A stretch of DNA of 61,626 bases, the filler included, from Chiloscyllium plagiosum (lineage: Eukaryota): the NCBI RefSeq assembly GCF_004010195.1. It is 4 parts of one record of this genome, joined end to end, with 100 filler letters (N's around TTAATTAATTAA, not from the genome) between each part and the next. Parts side by side here need not be neighbours in the genome. Positions count along the whole stretch, not along the records: positions 1 to 14,071 come from NC_057713.1; 3 more parts are not named here. One strand, 5' to 3'. Position 1 is the first letter of the stretch; each line of letters opens with the position of its first letter. A program made the position numbers and the translations under genes. The notes under the pieces were generated by a model. It worked only from the letters and a program-made list of their open reading frames with translations, was not told where the DNA came from and made no database searches. Shown piece after piece: positions 1-11,175 of the stretch.

Positions 1-3000
1 CTTCCAAAATGAATCACTTTGCATTTATCCAGGTTGAAATCCATCTGCCACTTCCCAGCCCAGTTCTGCATCCTGTCAATGTTTTGTTGCAGCCTGCAAC
101 AGCCCTCGACACTATCTACAACACCACTGACCTTTGCGTCACTGGCAAACTTACTAACCCACCCTTCCACTTCTTCACCCAAATCATTTATGAAAAAACT
201 ACAAAGAGCAGAGACCCAAGAACAGATCCCTGTGGGACACCAGTGGTCACCAACCTCCAGGCAGAATACTTTCCATCCATTATCTCTCGCTGTCTTCTTT
301 CGGCCAGCCAATTCTGTATCCAGACAGTCAGATTTCCCTGTATCCCATACCTCCTAATGTTCTGAATGAGCTGACTGTGGGGAACCTTATTAATGCCTTA
401 CTGAAATCCATATACACCACATCCACAGCTTGACCTTCATCAATTTGTCTCATCACATGCTCAAAGAACTCAATAAGGCTTGTGAGGCATGATCTGCCCG
501 TCACAAAGCCGTGCTGACTATCTTTAATCAACTACTTTCCAAATAGTCATGCATCTTATCTCTCTGAATCCTTTCCAGTACTTTGCATACCACAGACGTA
601 CAACTGACTGGTCTACAACTGCCAGGGCTTTCCCTGTTCACTCTCTTGAACAGAGGAACAGGACGGCAAGTACTTCACACAGAGGGTGGTGAGCATTTGG
701 AACGTGTTGCCAGCAGAGGTGGTAGAGGCAGGCACAGTAGATTCATTTAAGATGCGTCAGGACAGATGCATGAGTAGGTGGGGAGCAGAGGGATACAAGA
801 TGCTTAGGAATTGACCGACAGGTTTAGACAGTACATTTGGATTGGCTCAGGCTTAGAGGGCCGAAGGGCCTGTTTTTGGGCTGTAAATTTTCTTTGTTCT
901 TTGTTCTTTGAACAACATTCACCTCCCTCCAATCAGCCGGTACTATTCCTGCAGGCGCAGTAATCCCATTCCTCACTTCCCATAGTAACCATGGGTATAT
1001 CTGGTCTGACCCTGGGGAATTACATATCTTGATGCTTCCCAGAAGTTTCAGTACATCTCCTTTCTTAATATCAATTTGTTCAAGCCTATTAACCTGGTCC
1101 AGTGTTCTCACTATTAGCAAAGTCCCTCTCTCTGGTGAATACTGAAGCAAAAAACTCATTTAGGGCCTCCCCGACCTGTTCACCCTCCAGGCACTAGTTC
1201 CCTCCGCTCTTCCCAATTGGCCCTACCCTCTCTCTGATCAATCTCTTATTCCTCACATAGGTGTAGAATGTCTTTGGGTTTTCCTAATCCTTCCCACCAA
1301 GGCTTTCTTGTGTCCCCTCCTAACTCTCCTCAGTCCATTTTTGAGTTCTTTCCTAGCTACCCTGTAATCCTCTAAAGCTGTGCCAGATCCTTGCTTCCTC
1401 AACATTAAGTCAGCCTCCTTCTCCCTCTTGACAAGAAGCTCCTCTTCTCTCGTCATCCAAGGCTCCTTCACCTTCCCATTCCTTGCCTGTCTCAGTGGGA
1501 CAAAGTTGTCCAACACTCGCAACAAGCGCTCCTTAAACAGCCTCCACATTTCTGTTGTGCATTTCCCGTGAAACAATTGTTCCCAATTTATACTTCACAG
1601 CTTCTATATAATAGCAGTATAATTTTCACTCCCCCAATTAAATGCTTTCCCATACTGTTTGCTCCTAAACCTCTGCATGGCTATGGTAAAGGTGAGGCAG
1701 TTGTGGTCACTGTCACCGAAATGCTGTCCCACTAAGAGATCTGACACCTGGCCCGGCTCGTTTCCCAGCACCAAATTCAATATGGCCTCCCTCCTAGTCA
1801 TCCTGTCTATATATTTGGTCAGAAATCCTTCCTGGGGACACCTGACAAAATCAGCTCCATCCAGACCATCTGCACTAAGGAAGTTCCAATCAATATTGGG
1901 GAAGTTGAAGTTACCCTTAACAATAACTCTGTTATATCTGCACCTTTCCAAGATCGGCTGTCTAATCTGTTCTTCCATCTCTCTGGATTGGGGGGGTCTA
2001 TAGACAACACCCAGCAAAGTGACTGCTCCTTTCCTGTTACTGACTTCCACCCATACTGACTCAGTAGACAAACCCTCCTCAGCAACTTCCTTTACTGCAG
2101 CTGTGATGCCATCTCTAATTAACAATGCTACTCCCCCTCCTCTTTTACCCCCTCCCTGTTCTTTTAAAAAAACCTAAACCCTGGAACATCCACCAACCAT
2201 TCCTGCCCCTTGAAATCCATGTCTCCGTTATGGCCACAACATCCTAGTTCCAAGTACTGATCCATGCTCTAAGTTCATCACTCTTACTCCTGACACTCCT
2301 TGCATTGAAACAGACTCACTTTAACCAATCCCACTGCCCTATCAACCATGTATCCTTCCTGACAGACTCTCTGCAATCTATTTCTGCCCATTCAACAACT
2401 ACCCTCTCCTCTGATCTGTAGCTCTGTTCCCATCCCCCTGCCAAACTAGTTTAAACCCTCCTGAAGTGCACTAGCAAGTCTTCCTTCTAGGACATTGATG
2501 CCCCTCCAGTTTAAGTGCAACCTGTCCTTCATATACAGGTCTCACTTTCCCCAGATGAAACCCCAATGATCTAGGTACCTGGAGTCCTCCTTCCTGCACC
2601 AACCTTGTAGCCATGTGTTTAGCTGCATTTACTCCTTGTTCCTTGCCTCATTAGCATGTGGCACCAGTAGTAAGCCTGAGATCACTACTCCGCTAGTCCT
2701 GCTTTTTAGTTTCCAACCTAACTCCCTGATATCACTTTATAGATCCTCATCCGTTTTCCTGGCTATGTCATTGGTGCCAATGTGCACCACGACTTCTGGC
2801 TGCTCACCCTCCTCCTTCAGAATCTCGTGGACTTGATCAGAGACATCCCAGACCCTAGCACCTGGGAGGCAACTTACCTTCCAGCAGTCCCATTCACGAT
2901 AACAGAATCACCTGGCCATTCCTCTAACTATTGAGTCTACTACCACTAGCACTTTTCCATTCTTTTCTTTTCCCTTCTGAGCCACAGAGACAGGATCAGT

Positions 3001-3208
3001 GCCAGAGACATGGTCACCACGGTTTTCCCGTGGTAGGTCTCACACCCCCCAATAGTATCCAAAACGGTATAATTATTATTGAGGGGAATGGCCACAGGAG
3101 ATCCTGGCACCATCTGACTATTCCCTTTCCATCCCCTGACTGTAACCCATCTACCTTTTTCCTGTACCTGAGGTGAGATTACCTCAATGTAATTCTTCTC
3201 TGTTACCC
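1..3208 (-). mobile_element. CR1 (HER1-like) LINE: decayed ORF2 (APE endonuclease + RT) and 3' part of ORF1 (SGNH esterase); interrupted at 3209 by the Gypsy element
   Basis: Minus-strand fragments: QHGFVTGRSCLT..VDVVYMDFSKA (RT, 328-531), GVVYRPP..GNFNFPNIDW..SDHN (endonuclease, 1604-2125), VVVHIGTNDI (ORF1 esterase, ~2765-2795); many stops and frameshifts. Confidence 0.92.
661..909 (+). mobile_element. 5'-truncated CR1 3' end inserted in opposite orientation into the older CR1
   Basis: Typical CR1 end (ttcacacagagggtggtgag...gggccgaagggcctgt) with (ttgttct)n tail; gaaca on both sides (656-660, 910-914) is a possible TSD. Confidence 0.75.
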
Positions 3209-3933
3209 TGTTATGAAGGTATAGAGGTCCTGTACCTTTAAGAGAGTCGAAAAGCTAGGAAGGCCTGCCGGAGCCAGCACACAGTGTTCTGAACAAGGTA
3301 ACAATGTAATATTTGGTCAAAACAGCTGGCAGCAGCTGGGTTACCATGAGACAGAAAAAAAACTCAAATTCAGCCAATCAGTTTAAATATGCCCCAATAT
3401 ACCAAAATCCAATCAAACTTGAATTTAGTATTTTGATAATATTAAAACCAATAAAATGATCCAATGTTTTGGGGTATAAAACCAGACATTTTTGACCAGT
3501 TGAAAGAGAACTGCCAAGAGACTGCTAGCTCAAGAGCTCTCTGAAAGGTCTGGGGAAGGAGTTTGCACAGCAGAACATCGAGGCTGACCTGGAGAGAATC
3601 CACAGAGGAAAGTCTACAAATGTGACTTGGCAGAGCTGACTGGTTTTGAAAGATGATGGTTTTTTTTGTAAATCTTAACTGGGATATTTTTATTGGACTG
3701 GTATTGTAAAGTGGGAGGTAAAAAATAGGTTTAAGGGAAAGGAGCTGTAAATAGTTGTTGGCTTTTAATATTCTCTGTTGGACTTAAATAATAAAGTTGT
3801 TAATTTTTACTTTAAGTAGTGACCTCTGGGATAGCTCTTGTGTCTTGCATTTTAACAGATTACATCATGGAGTGAATCGTTTCTGCATTGCTGGTTTAAA
3901 TTAAAACAAAGGGATTTACCCCATGTCATAACA
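3209..3933 (+). repeat. 5' LTR of Gmr1-like element
   Basis: 8-bp terminal inverted repeats TGTTATGA/TCATAACA; several CCAAT boxes, TATAAAA at ~3475, AATAAA at ~3790; matches 8894-9603. Confidence 0.95.
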
Positions 3934-3936
3934 ACC

Positions 3937-3960
3937 TGGGCTTCCGTCCGCAATTTGAAC
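3937..3960 (+). promoter_or_regulatory. Primer-binding site, degenerate tRNA-Pro type
   Basis: tgggcttccgtccgcaatttgaac just after the LTR resembles TGGGGGCTCGTCCGGGATTTGAAC (complement of the tRNA-Pro 3' end). Confidence 0.7.
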
Positions 3961-4116
3961 AGGTTTAGATGGATTTGATTAGATCTGGGGTACGAAGAAA
4001 CCCAATAGATTTAAACACTTACAGGTTAGTGTCGTAGGTCTTTAAATCAAATTTATACGAGACAATTTGTTTTTCATTTCGGTGACTTGTGGTTGGTTAA
4101 ATTAAAAGTGAGCAAA

Positions 4117-5420
4117 ATGGCTCTTAAAATTGCTAAAGAAGTTCTGGGATTTGAAGATGATTCTCAAATTTGCCAAGGAAGTTTAGAAGGAAAGAAAAAG
4201 GCCATGCTTTTAGAATTAGCAAAGGAGCTAGATATGGGTTTAACCGAGGACAAAAGTAAAGCTGAAATTGTAGGGGAGCTACTCAAACACTTAGGTGTGT
4301 CAGAGAAACAGACAAGTGCAGGAGAGGTAGGAAAACTTAAATTACACTTGAGTAAAATGGAGTTAGAAATTAAACAAGGGGAGAGAGAAAGAGAGAGAGA
4401 AGAAAGAGAAAGAGAGAGAGAAGAGGAGAGAGAGAGGAAAAAAAGAGAGAAGATTCTTAGCTGAGCAAAGGGAGAGAAGAAGGGGAGAGACAAAAAGAGA
4501 GAATTTGAACTTAAGAATTTGCAACTTAGTCAGCAAAGGCAAGTTAACAGGATAGAGATTAAAAGAGAAGGTAGTGATACATACAAATATGTCAAAACTC
4601 TGCCACATTTTGATGAGGAAGATAATGAAGCCTTCTTTATTTTATTTGAAAAATTGGGTAGGCAGATGGAGTGGTCCAGGGATTAATGGGCAATGCTAGT
4701 TCAGACTAAACTAGTAGGCAGAGCTCGTGAGATATTTGCCGCATTGTCAGATGAGGTGTCAAGAGATTATGAAGAGGTCAAACAGGTTATTTTAAGTGCT
4801 TAAGTATTGGTACCAGAAGCATATATACAGTGGTTCAGAAATATAAAGAAGGAACCAGGTCAGGCTCATGTTGAGTTTGAAAGAATTAAACATAGTCATT
4901 TTGATAGGTGGGTGTGTGCATTAAAAATAGATAATACCTTTCAGGCTCTGAGAGAGATTATTCTGCTGGAGGAGTTTAAAAACTCACTTTCAGAGATGTT
5001 AAGAATTCACGTGGAGGAACAGAAAGTTCAGGAAGTGAGAAGGGCAGCAGAATTAGCAGATGAGTGCATGCTGGTGCATAAGACAAGCTTCTGGCCAGAA
5101 TTTCGTCCTGTGAGAGTTTGAAGTTGGGAGAAGGGGAGGTCCTACACTATGAAACAAAGAGTAGAGAGCACTGGTAAGAGTTTATCATGGGTTGAAAAAG
5201 AAGGCCAAGAGGATGGACAGGAGGTGAAAGGCCGCAGGTGTTTCCACTATGGTAAAGTGGGACACGTGAAGTCACAGCGCTGGTTATTAAAGAAAGGCAC
5301 TGCAGGAAAAGATGTGATAAAAGAAGCTAAGCCAGTGGCATTAATGAAGGTAGTAAAGGAGACCCCAAGAAGAGCTGAGGAGCTGCAGGAGAGCAGCCTA
5401 GGCAGGGGCTGGGTACGGAG
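4117..5420 (+). pseudogene. Gypsy gag (decayed; coiled coil, SCAN-like capsid region, degenerate CCHC knuckle)
   Basis: ATG at 4117 (MALKIAKEVL); E/R-rich coil; LREIILLEEFKNSL..AAELADE (Gmr1-type capsid/SCAN-like); CFHYGKVGHVKSQ knuckle; internal stops. Confidence 0.8.
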
Positions 5421-5423
5421 TTA

Positions 5424-8400
5424 GTGCCCGATCGCTACAAAGAATTCACCTCTGTGGGTAAAGTTTACTCAGAAAGAACAGAGGGCGCAGGGCAAGAAGT
5501 TATAATTTTGAGAGTTACAGGATCTAACCAGTCACTGATAGTAAGAGATGAGCAAATTTGCACTCCTTCCGATCTGTTACCCAGGAGTGTGGTAATTTGT
5601 GGGATAGATGGACAGAAATTTAGCGCACCCCTATGTAAGATCAGGTTGGAGTGCCAACTCAAGACTGGGGAAGTTACAGTGGGAGTGATTGACAGAGTGT
5701 CAGCTCTAGGAATTCAGTTTATTCTTGGGAATGATTTAGCAGGGTCCAAGGTGGGAGTGACACCCCTTGTTGTGGAGAAGCCCAAGGAAGACCAAGAAAC
5801 TGAGGAGTTAAAACAGAAATATCCTGGTATTTCCCAGACTGGGTAATAACTAGAACCCATTATCATAAGTCACAGCACGCAGCGAAAAGTAAAGAGAACA
5901 TTGAAGGAGTTGAGGTTCAGGTAGCAGATATACTGTTTGATGTAATGGTGCAGGAAAAATCTGAACAGCCAGAGGGTCAGACTGAAGTGCTTAGTCCTGA
6001 AAGGCTGAGGGACTTGTAACAGAAAGACAAGATGATAAAAGATATATATGTGGATGCATACTCCAAAAGGGAGGTGGAAAATATCCCTGAGGGTTATTAA
6101 CTGAAAGATAGAGATCTCAGCAGGTTAGTGCAGAGGGGAAATGGGCCAAAGTGCACCAGATTGTGTTGCTGGTAGTATACAGACAGGAAGTGTTATGGGT
6201 AGCACATGAAATACCTGTAGGAGGTCACCTAGCTTGACGAAAGACTCAGGCTAAGGTACAAAACCATTTGTATTGGCCTAGAATGCACAAGGATGTGGTG
6301 AACTTTTGCCGTTCATGTCATACATGCCAAATGGCAGGTAAGCCACAGGCAGTAATAAAACCAGCCCCTTTGTTGCCAATTCCCACATTTGAGGAACCTT
6401 TCACGAGGGTTATAATCGATTGTGTAGGTCCCCTCCCGAGAACTAAAAGTGGGAACCAGTACTTGTTAACCATAATGGATGTGTTTACCAGATTTCCAGA
6501 GACAATTCCATTATGCAGTATCAAGGTGAAAAGGGTGGTAGAGGAGTTAGTAGCTCTCTTCACACAGTATGGGCTACCCAGAGAGATTCAGTCAGGCCAA
6601 GGGTCAAATTGTATTGCTAGGCTGTTTAAGGAGCTAAAGTATACAGCACTTTAAATCCATTGCGTAATAGCCTGAATCCCAGAGAGCTTTAGAAAGGTGT
6701 CACCAGACGTTGAAGACCAAGTTGAGAACATACTGTCAGGATTACCCGAATGATTGGGTAAAGGTATCCCATTTGTATTGTTTGCCATTAGACATCCCTA
6801 AATGGACCTGCTCAATTTACTCCCTTCGAGTTAATATTCAGGCATGAAGTGAGAGACCCTTTGAAATTAATTAAAGAAAAATTGACAAGATCAAAGTCAG
6901 AGATCTCACATTTAGGTTATGTATTAGAGGTGAGGGAGAGACTAAATCGAGTAGGTGAGTTAGCTAAACAGCAGCTATAGAGGGCACAGCACAGAATGAA
7001 GTAGGTGGCAGATAAAATCTCTGAGACTCCGACATTTTCCCGAGGGGATAACGTGTTAGTACTGCTACCAGTGATAGGAGATCGCTTCAAAGCCAGGTTT
7101 ACTGGTCCCTATCAAATTGACAAAAAGTTGAGTCAGGTGAACTGTCCAGTAAAGATGCCAGATAGGAAAATTGGTTATCAGGAATGTCTTGTGAACATGT
7201 TGAAACAGTATTATAACAGTGAGAAAGAACTGGAGAAACAGGTGTTAGTTACTGCCCTGCAGAGTGAGGAATCAAATCCAGATGATGTAGATTTTGATGT
7301 GTCTCAAAATAGATTAAAAAATGAAGAAGTCCTTGAGGAGTGGGATAGGTTAGTAAGCTATCTGCCTCAGGAGCATAGAACGGAATTGAAAGATTTGTTA
7401 CCACAGTATAAGGACGTATGTAAGAATCAGATGGGGATGACTAATGTTATTGTACATGAAGTAGACGTAGGGAATACTGCTCCAATAAAACAACACCCCT
7501 ATCGGCTTAATCCTCTCAAAGCCAGACAGGTCCAGATGGAGGTGGAGCCCATGTTCGACAAGGACATCATCAAACCAAGCCAGAGCGAGTGGAGTTCGCC
7601 AATTGTCTTAGTTGCCAAACCAGATGGGACTCAACAACTTTGCGTGGATTATTGGAAAGTCAATGCCGTTACAGAATCAGACTTATATCCAATTCCTAGA
7701 TTGGAGGACTGTATCAAGAAAGTCGGACAAGCCAATTACATCATAAGCCAGTTACATCACCAAGTTGGACTTAATACGTGGTTACTGGCAAGTACATTTA
7801 TCAGAGTTGGCGAAAGAAATTTCTGCATTTGTAACCCCAAATGGGCTATGTCACTTTAGAGAGAAGCCCTTTGGAATGAAGAACGTACCCGCCACATTCC
7901 AAAGACTCATGGACAGAGTTCTGGCTGAGTTAACAAACTCTGCAGTCTATTTGGATGATGTAGTGATCCTTAGTAAGTCCTGGAACAATCACATGGTACA
8001 GTAAGCAAAACTCTTTGAATGACTACAAGAAGCAAAACTGGTAATAAATTTTAAACAAAACTGAATTCACGAAAGCAAAGGTGACGTTCTTGGGGCACAA
8101 CATCAGTCATGGCAGGTTGACATCACGGATTGCAAAGATGAATTTCCACAACCAACCTCGAAGAAAGATGTGCTTTGATTCTTTGGACTCAATGGATTCT
8201 ATCGGACGTTTGTTCCAAACTTCAGCAGTGTAATGGCACCGTTAACCGATTTGCTGAATAAGAACAAAATTTCGGTGGACAGAACAATGCCAGGAAGCAT
8301 TCGAAAGTTTAAAAGCATTATTAACCACCACACTAGTTTTAGCTAGACCAAACGTTTTGAAACCTTTTAAATTTGCCATCGATGCTAGTGACATAGGACT

Positions 8401-8726
8401 TGAAGCTGTACTGCTGCAGAAAGATGAGAATGGGCTTGAACTGCCAGTTGGTTACATTTTGAAGAAACTCAACACCCACGATCAAATACTCCACCATCAA
8501 AACAGAGTTATTGAGTTTGGTACTGGCCTTACGTGTGTATGTCATGAACAATGTGTCAGAGATGGTTGTGTACACGGATCACAATCCTCATACATTCTTG
8601 GAATGCTTTAAAGACAAGAATATGAGACTATTTTGTTGGAGTCTTATGTTACAGACTTATAATTTACATTTCGTACATGTTGTGGATCATAAGAATTTAA
8701 TCACAGCTGTGTTATCGCAGATTTAA
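5424..8726 (+). pseudogene. Gypsy pol (decayed): protease, then integrase (~6200-6900), then RT (~7400-8150), then RNase H (~8350-8726)
   Basis: ILRVTGSNQS..ILGNDL (protease, catalytic D lost); AHE..GGHL/YWPRMHKDV..CHTCQ/IDCVGPLP (IN); PYRL..SEWSSPIVLV..CVDY, PFGMKN, YLDD (RT); FKFAIDASD..VVYTDHNP (RNase H). Confidence 0.92.
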
Positions 8727-8893
8727 CTGATAAAGTAAAGATTGGTAACTATTCAATGTTTTATATTTATGTGGGAAGAAGTTAATATGAACACAGATTA
8801 AAGTCATATGTATGTCATGATATTGTGATAAAGGAATAGAGGAAAACAGACATCTTTTCTTATGATGGTTCATTGTTTTCTTAAAAGGGGAGG

Positions 8894-9603
8894 TGTTATG
8901 AAGGTGTAGAGGTCCTGTACCTTTAAGAGAGTCGAAAAGCTAGCAAGGCATGCTGGACACAGCTAACACAGTGTCCTGAACAAGGTAACAATGTAATATT
9001 TGGTCAAAACAGCTGGCAGCAGATGGGTTACCATGAGACAAAAACAAACTCAAATTCAGCCAATCAGTTTAAATTGTCCCAAGATACCAAAATCCAATCA
9101 AGTTTGAATTTAGTATTTTGATAATATTAAAACCAATAAAATGATCCAATGTTTTGGGGTATAAAACCAGACATTTTTGACCAGTTGAAAGAGAACTGCC
9201 AAGAGACTGCTAGCTCAAGAGCTCTCTGAAAGGTCTGGGGAAGGAGTTTGCACAGCAGAACATCGAGGCTGACCTGGAGAGAATCCACAGAGGAAAGTCT
9301 ACAAATGAGACTTGGCAGAGCTGACTGGTTTTGAAAGGTGATGGTTTTTTTTGTAAATCTTAACTGGGATTTTTTTATTGGACTGGTATTGTAAAGTGGG
9401 AAGTAAAAAATAGGTTTAAGGGAAAGGAGCTGTAAATAGTTGTTGGCTTTTAATATTCTCTGTTGGACTTAAATAATAAAGTTGTTAATTTTTACTTTAA
9501 ATAGTAATCTCTGGGATAGTACTTTAACAGATTACAGCATGGAGTGAATTTTTTCTGCATTGCTAGTTCAAATCCGCAGAGGTGTTTACCCTGTGTCATA
9601 ACA
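8894..9603 (+). repeat. 3' LTR of Gmr1-like element
   Basis: Direct repeat of 3209-3933, preceded by the PPT and ending TCATAACA. Confidence 0.95.
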
Positions 9604-10180
9604 AGGCCTTCCGCCTCCTGGATGATCCAAAGTTCATCCAGCTCCAGTTCCAGTTCCCTCATGCAGCTTCCAAGGAGCTGGGGTTGGGTGCACTTCCTGC
9701 AGATGAAGTCAGTGGGGACACTAGTGGTGACCCTTATCTCCCACACCCTACAGGAGGAGCATGCTAATGCCCTAACATCCATTCCCACTGTTCTGAATTC
9801 CCAAAGAGACTGTTGAAAATAAAACTGAGTAACCTCACTGAATCGGCACACAGAACCCTTTATGTTGGTTAGAGGAGGAGTATGGGTAGGAGACACTATC
9901 TAAATAGTGTTTCGGGTAAAGCAATTGTCCAAATATATTCCCTCACTTACTCAGTAGTCCCATGTCCCCTCCTGCTCAGTGTGCACCCTGCCTATTCACA
10001 AGGTAAGTTATTAAAGGGCTAATTTACCTTCCTAGCAGCCCGCTGGTCCTCACTGTCACTGCTCCCACTGCTGCTGCTGCTGCAAAAATGGAGGCTGCTG
10101 ATCCCATGAGGTAAGTTTTTAAAGAATTATGTGCCTGAACTCCTCGGTCTCTCTGTTCTACAACACCAGCCAGGGCCCTA
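9604..10180 (-). mobile_element. 5' part (5' UTR + ORF1 N-terminus) of the CR1 split by the Gypsy insertion
   Basis: ATG at 9782: MDVRALACSSCRVWEIR..FICRKCTQPQLL..ELELELDEL (CR1 ORF1 zinc finger/leucine zipper), which continues across the insertion at 3208. The 5' boundary is approximate. Confidence 0.85.
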
Positions 10181-10909
10181 TCACTAATGTTATAAATCCT
10201 AACCTTGTTTGTTTTATCAAAATGGTTATGATAACCATCAGAATTTATTACTCAGTTTTCACATCAAATTTGCCAACTTAATTGTACAGCTTCCTGTTTG
10301 TGTGATTACTGAAGATCTTTGGGATCACGTATCGCTTGGTCACTTTTCCCTGCAGAGATCATCTGTGTCTTTTTTTAACTCCCAGGTCAATGTCCTACAT
10401 AAAAGGTATATTTCCTTTTATGGACAATATCAGTGATAAACATGAGTTTTCAAACAGATTGAGCTCGAGTTAAGTTGTTTGTAAGAGGAATGTTCTCCAA
10501 CCCCACCCTGGTGTGGCAGGTACCATTTCAGGAGTACAAGGGCATCATTTTAGTTGCTGCAACCCAACTCTTGACAACATTTGCCTCTTGATGACTAGTC
10601 AGGGTGGCAGCTTCTGAAATGTTTATAAATGCTTCTTGTCACAAATTAATCCGACATGGGCAATTTGTTCCTCATGAAATTAATCCAGAACCTGTGGTTA
10701 CTCCCATCTGACAATTTCACGGAATTACCATTGTCAAATGCACCCTATTCTCTTCCCTTCGCTCTTGTAACAATGTAAGTGTGTTATCAGAGGGGACCCA
10801 TGTCTCAGTTATATATCATAACTTGTCAGTATCTGCAAAGCCAAGTCTATCATGCCTGCTCCGAGTCATTAAGTCTCAAAATTCTTAAATGTGACTAAGT
10901 TTTTTCTCC

Positions 10910-11175
10910 ATAGTATCCCTGCAGTGTGAAAACAGGCCATTCAGCCCAGCAAGTCCACACTGACTCTCTAAAGAGCATCCCACCCAGACTCAGCACCCCA
11001 CACTGTTCCTGTGACCCTAACAGCCAACTTACATAACCTGCACATCTTTGAACTGTGAGAGGAAACTCACACAGAGATGGGGAGAATATGCAAACAGACA
11101 GTCACCTGAGGCTGGAATTGAACCCAGGCCCCCGGTGCTATGAGGTGGCAGCACTAACCACTGAGTCACCAAGCT
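10910..11175 (-). mobile_element. HE1/V-SINE-like tRNA-derived SINE
   Basis: Reverse complement of the tRNA-like head (gtggttagtgctgcc..gggttcaattcc), V-like core and CR1-type tail. Confidence 0.8.

Larger units (their letters stand above)
3209..9603 (+). mobile_element. Full-length decayed Ty3/Gypsy LTR retrotransposon, Gmr1-type (gag-PR-IN-RT-RH)
   Basis: Two direct LTRs, each TGTTATGA...TCATAACA; degenerate tRNA-Pro PBS; polypurine tract aaaaggggagg (8883-8893); domain motifs occur in the order PR, IN, RT, RNase H. Confidence 0.95.

Noticed and set aside
4378..4500. Purine-only (GA) tract as a microsatellite or triplex element
   Set aside because: Explained as the E/R-rich coiled-coil coding region of Gypsy gag.
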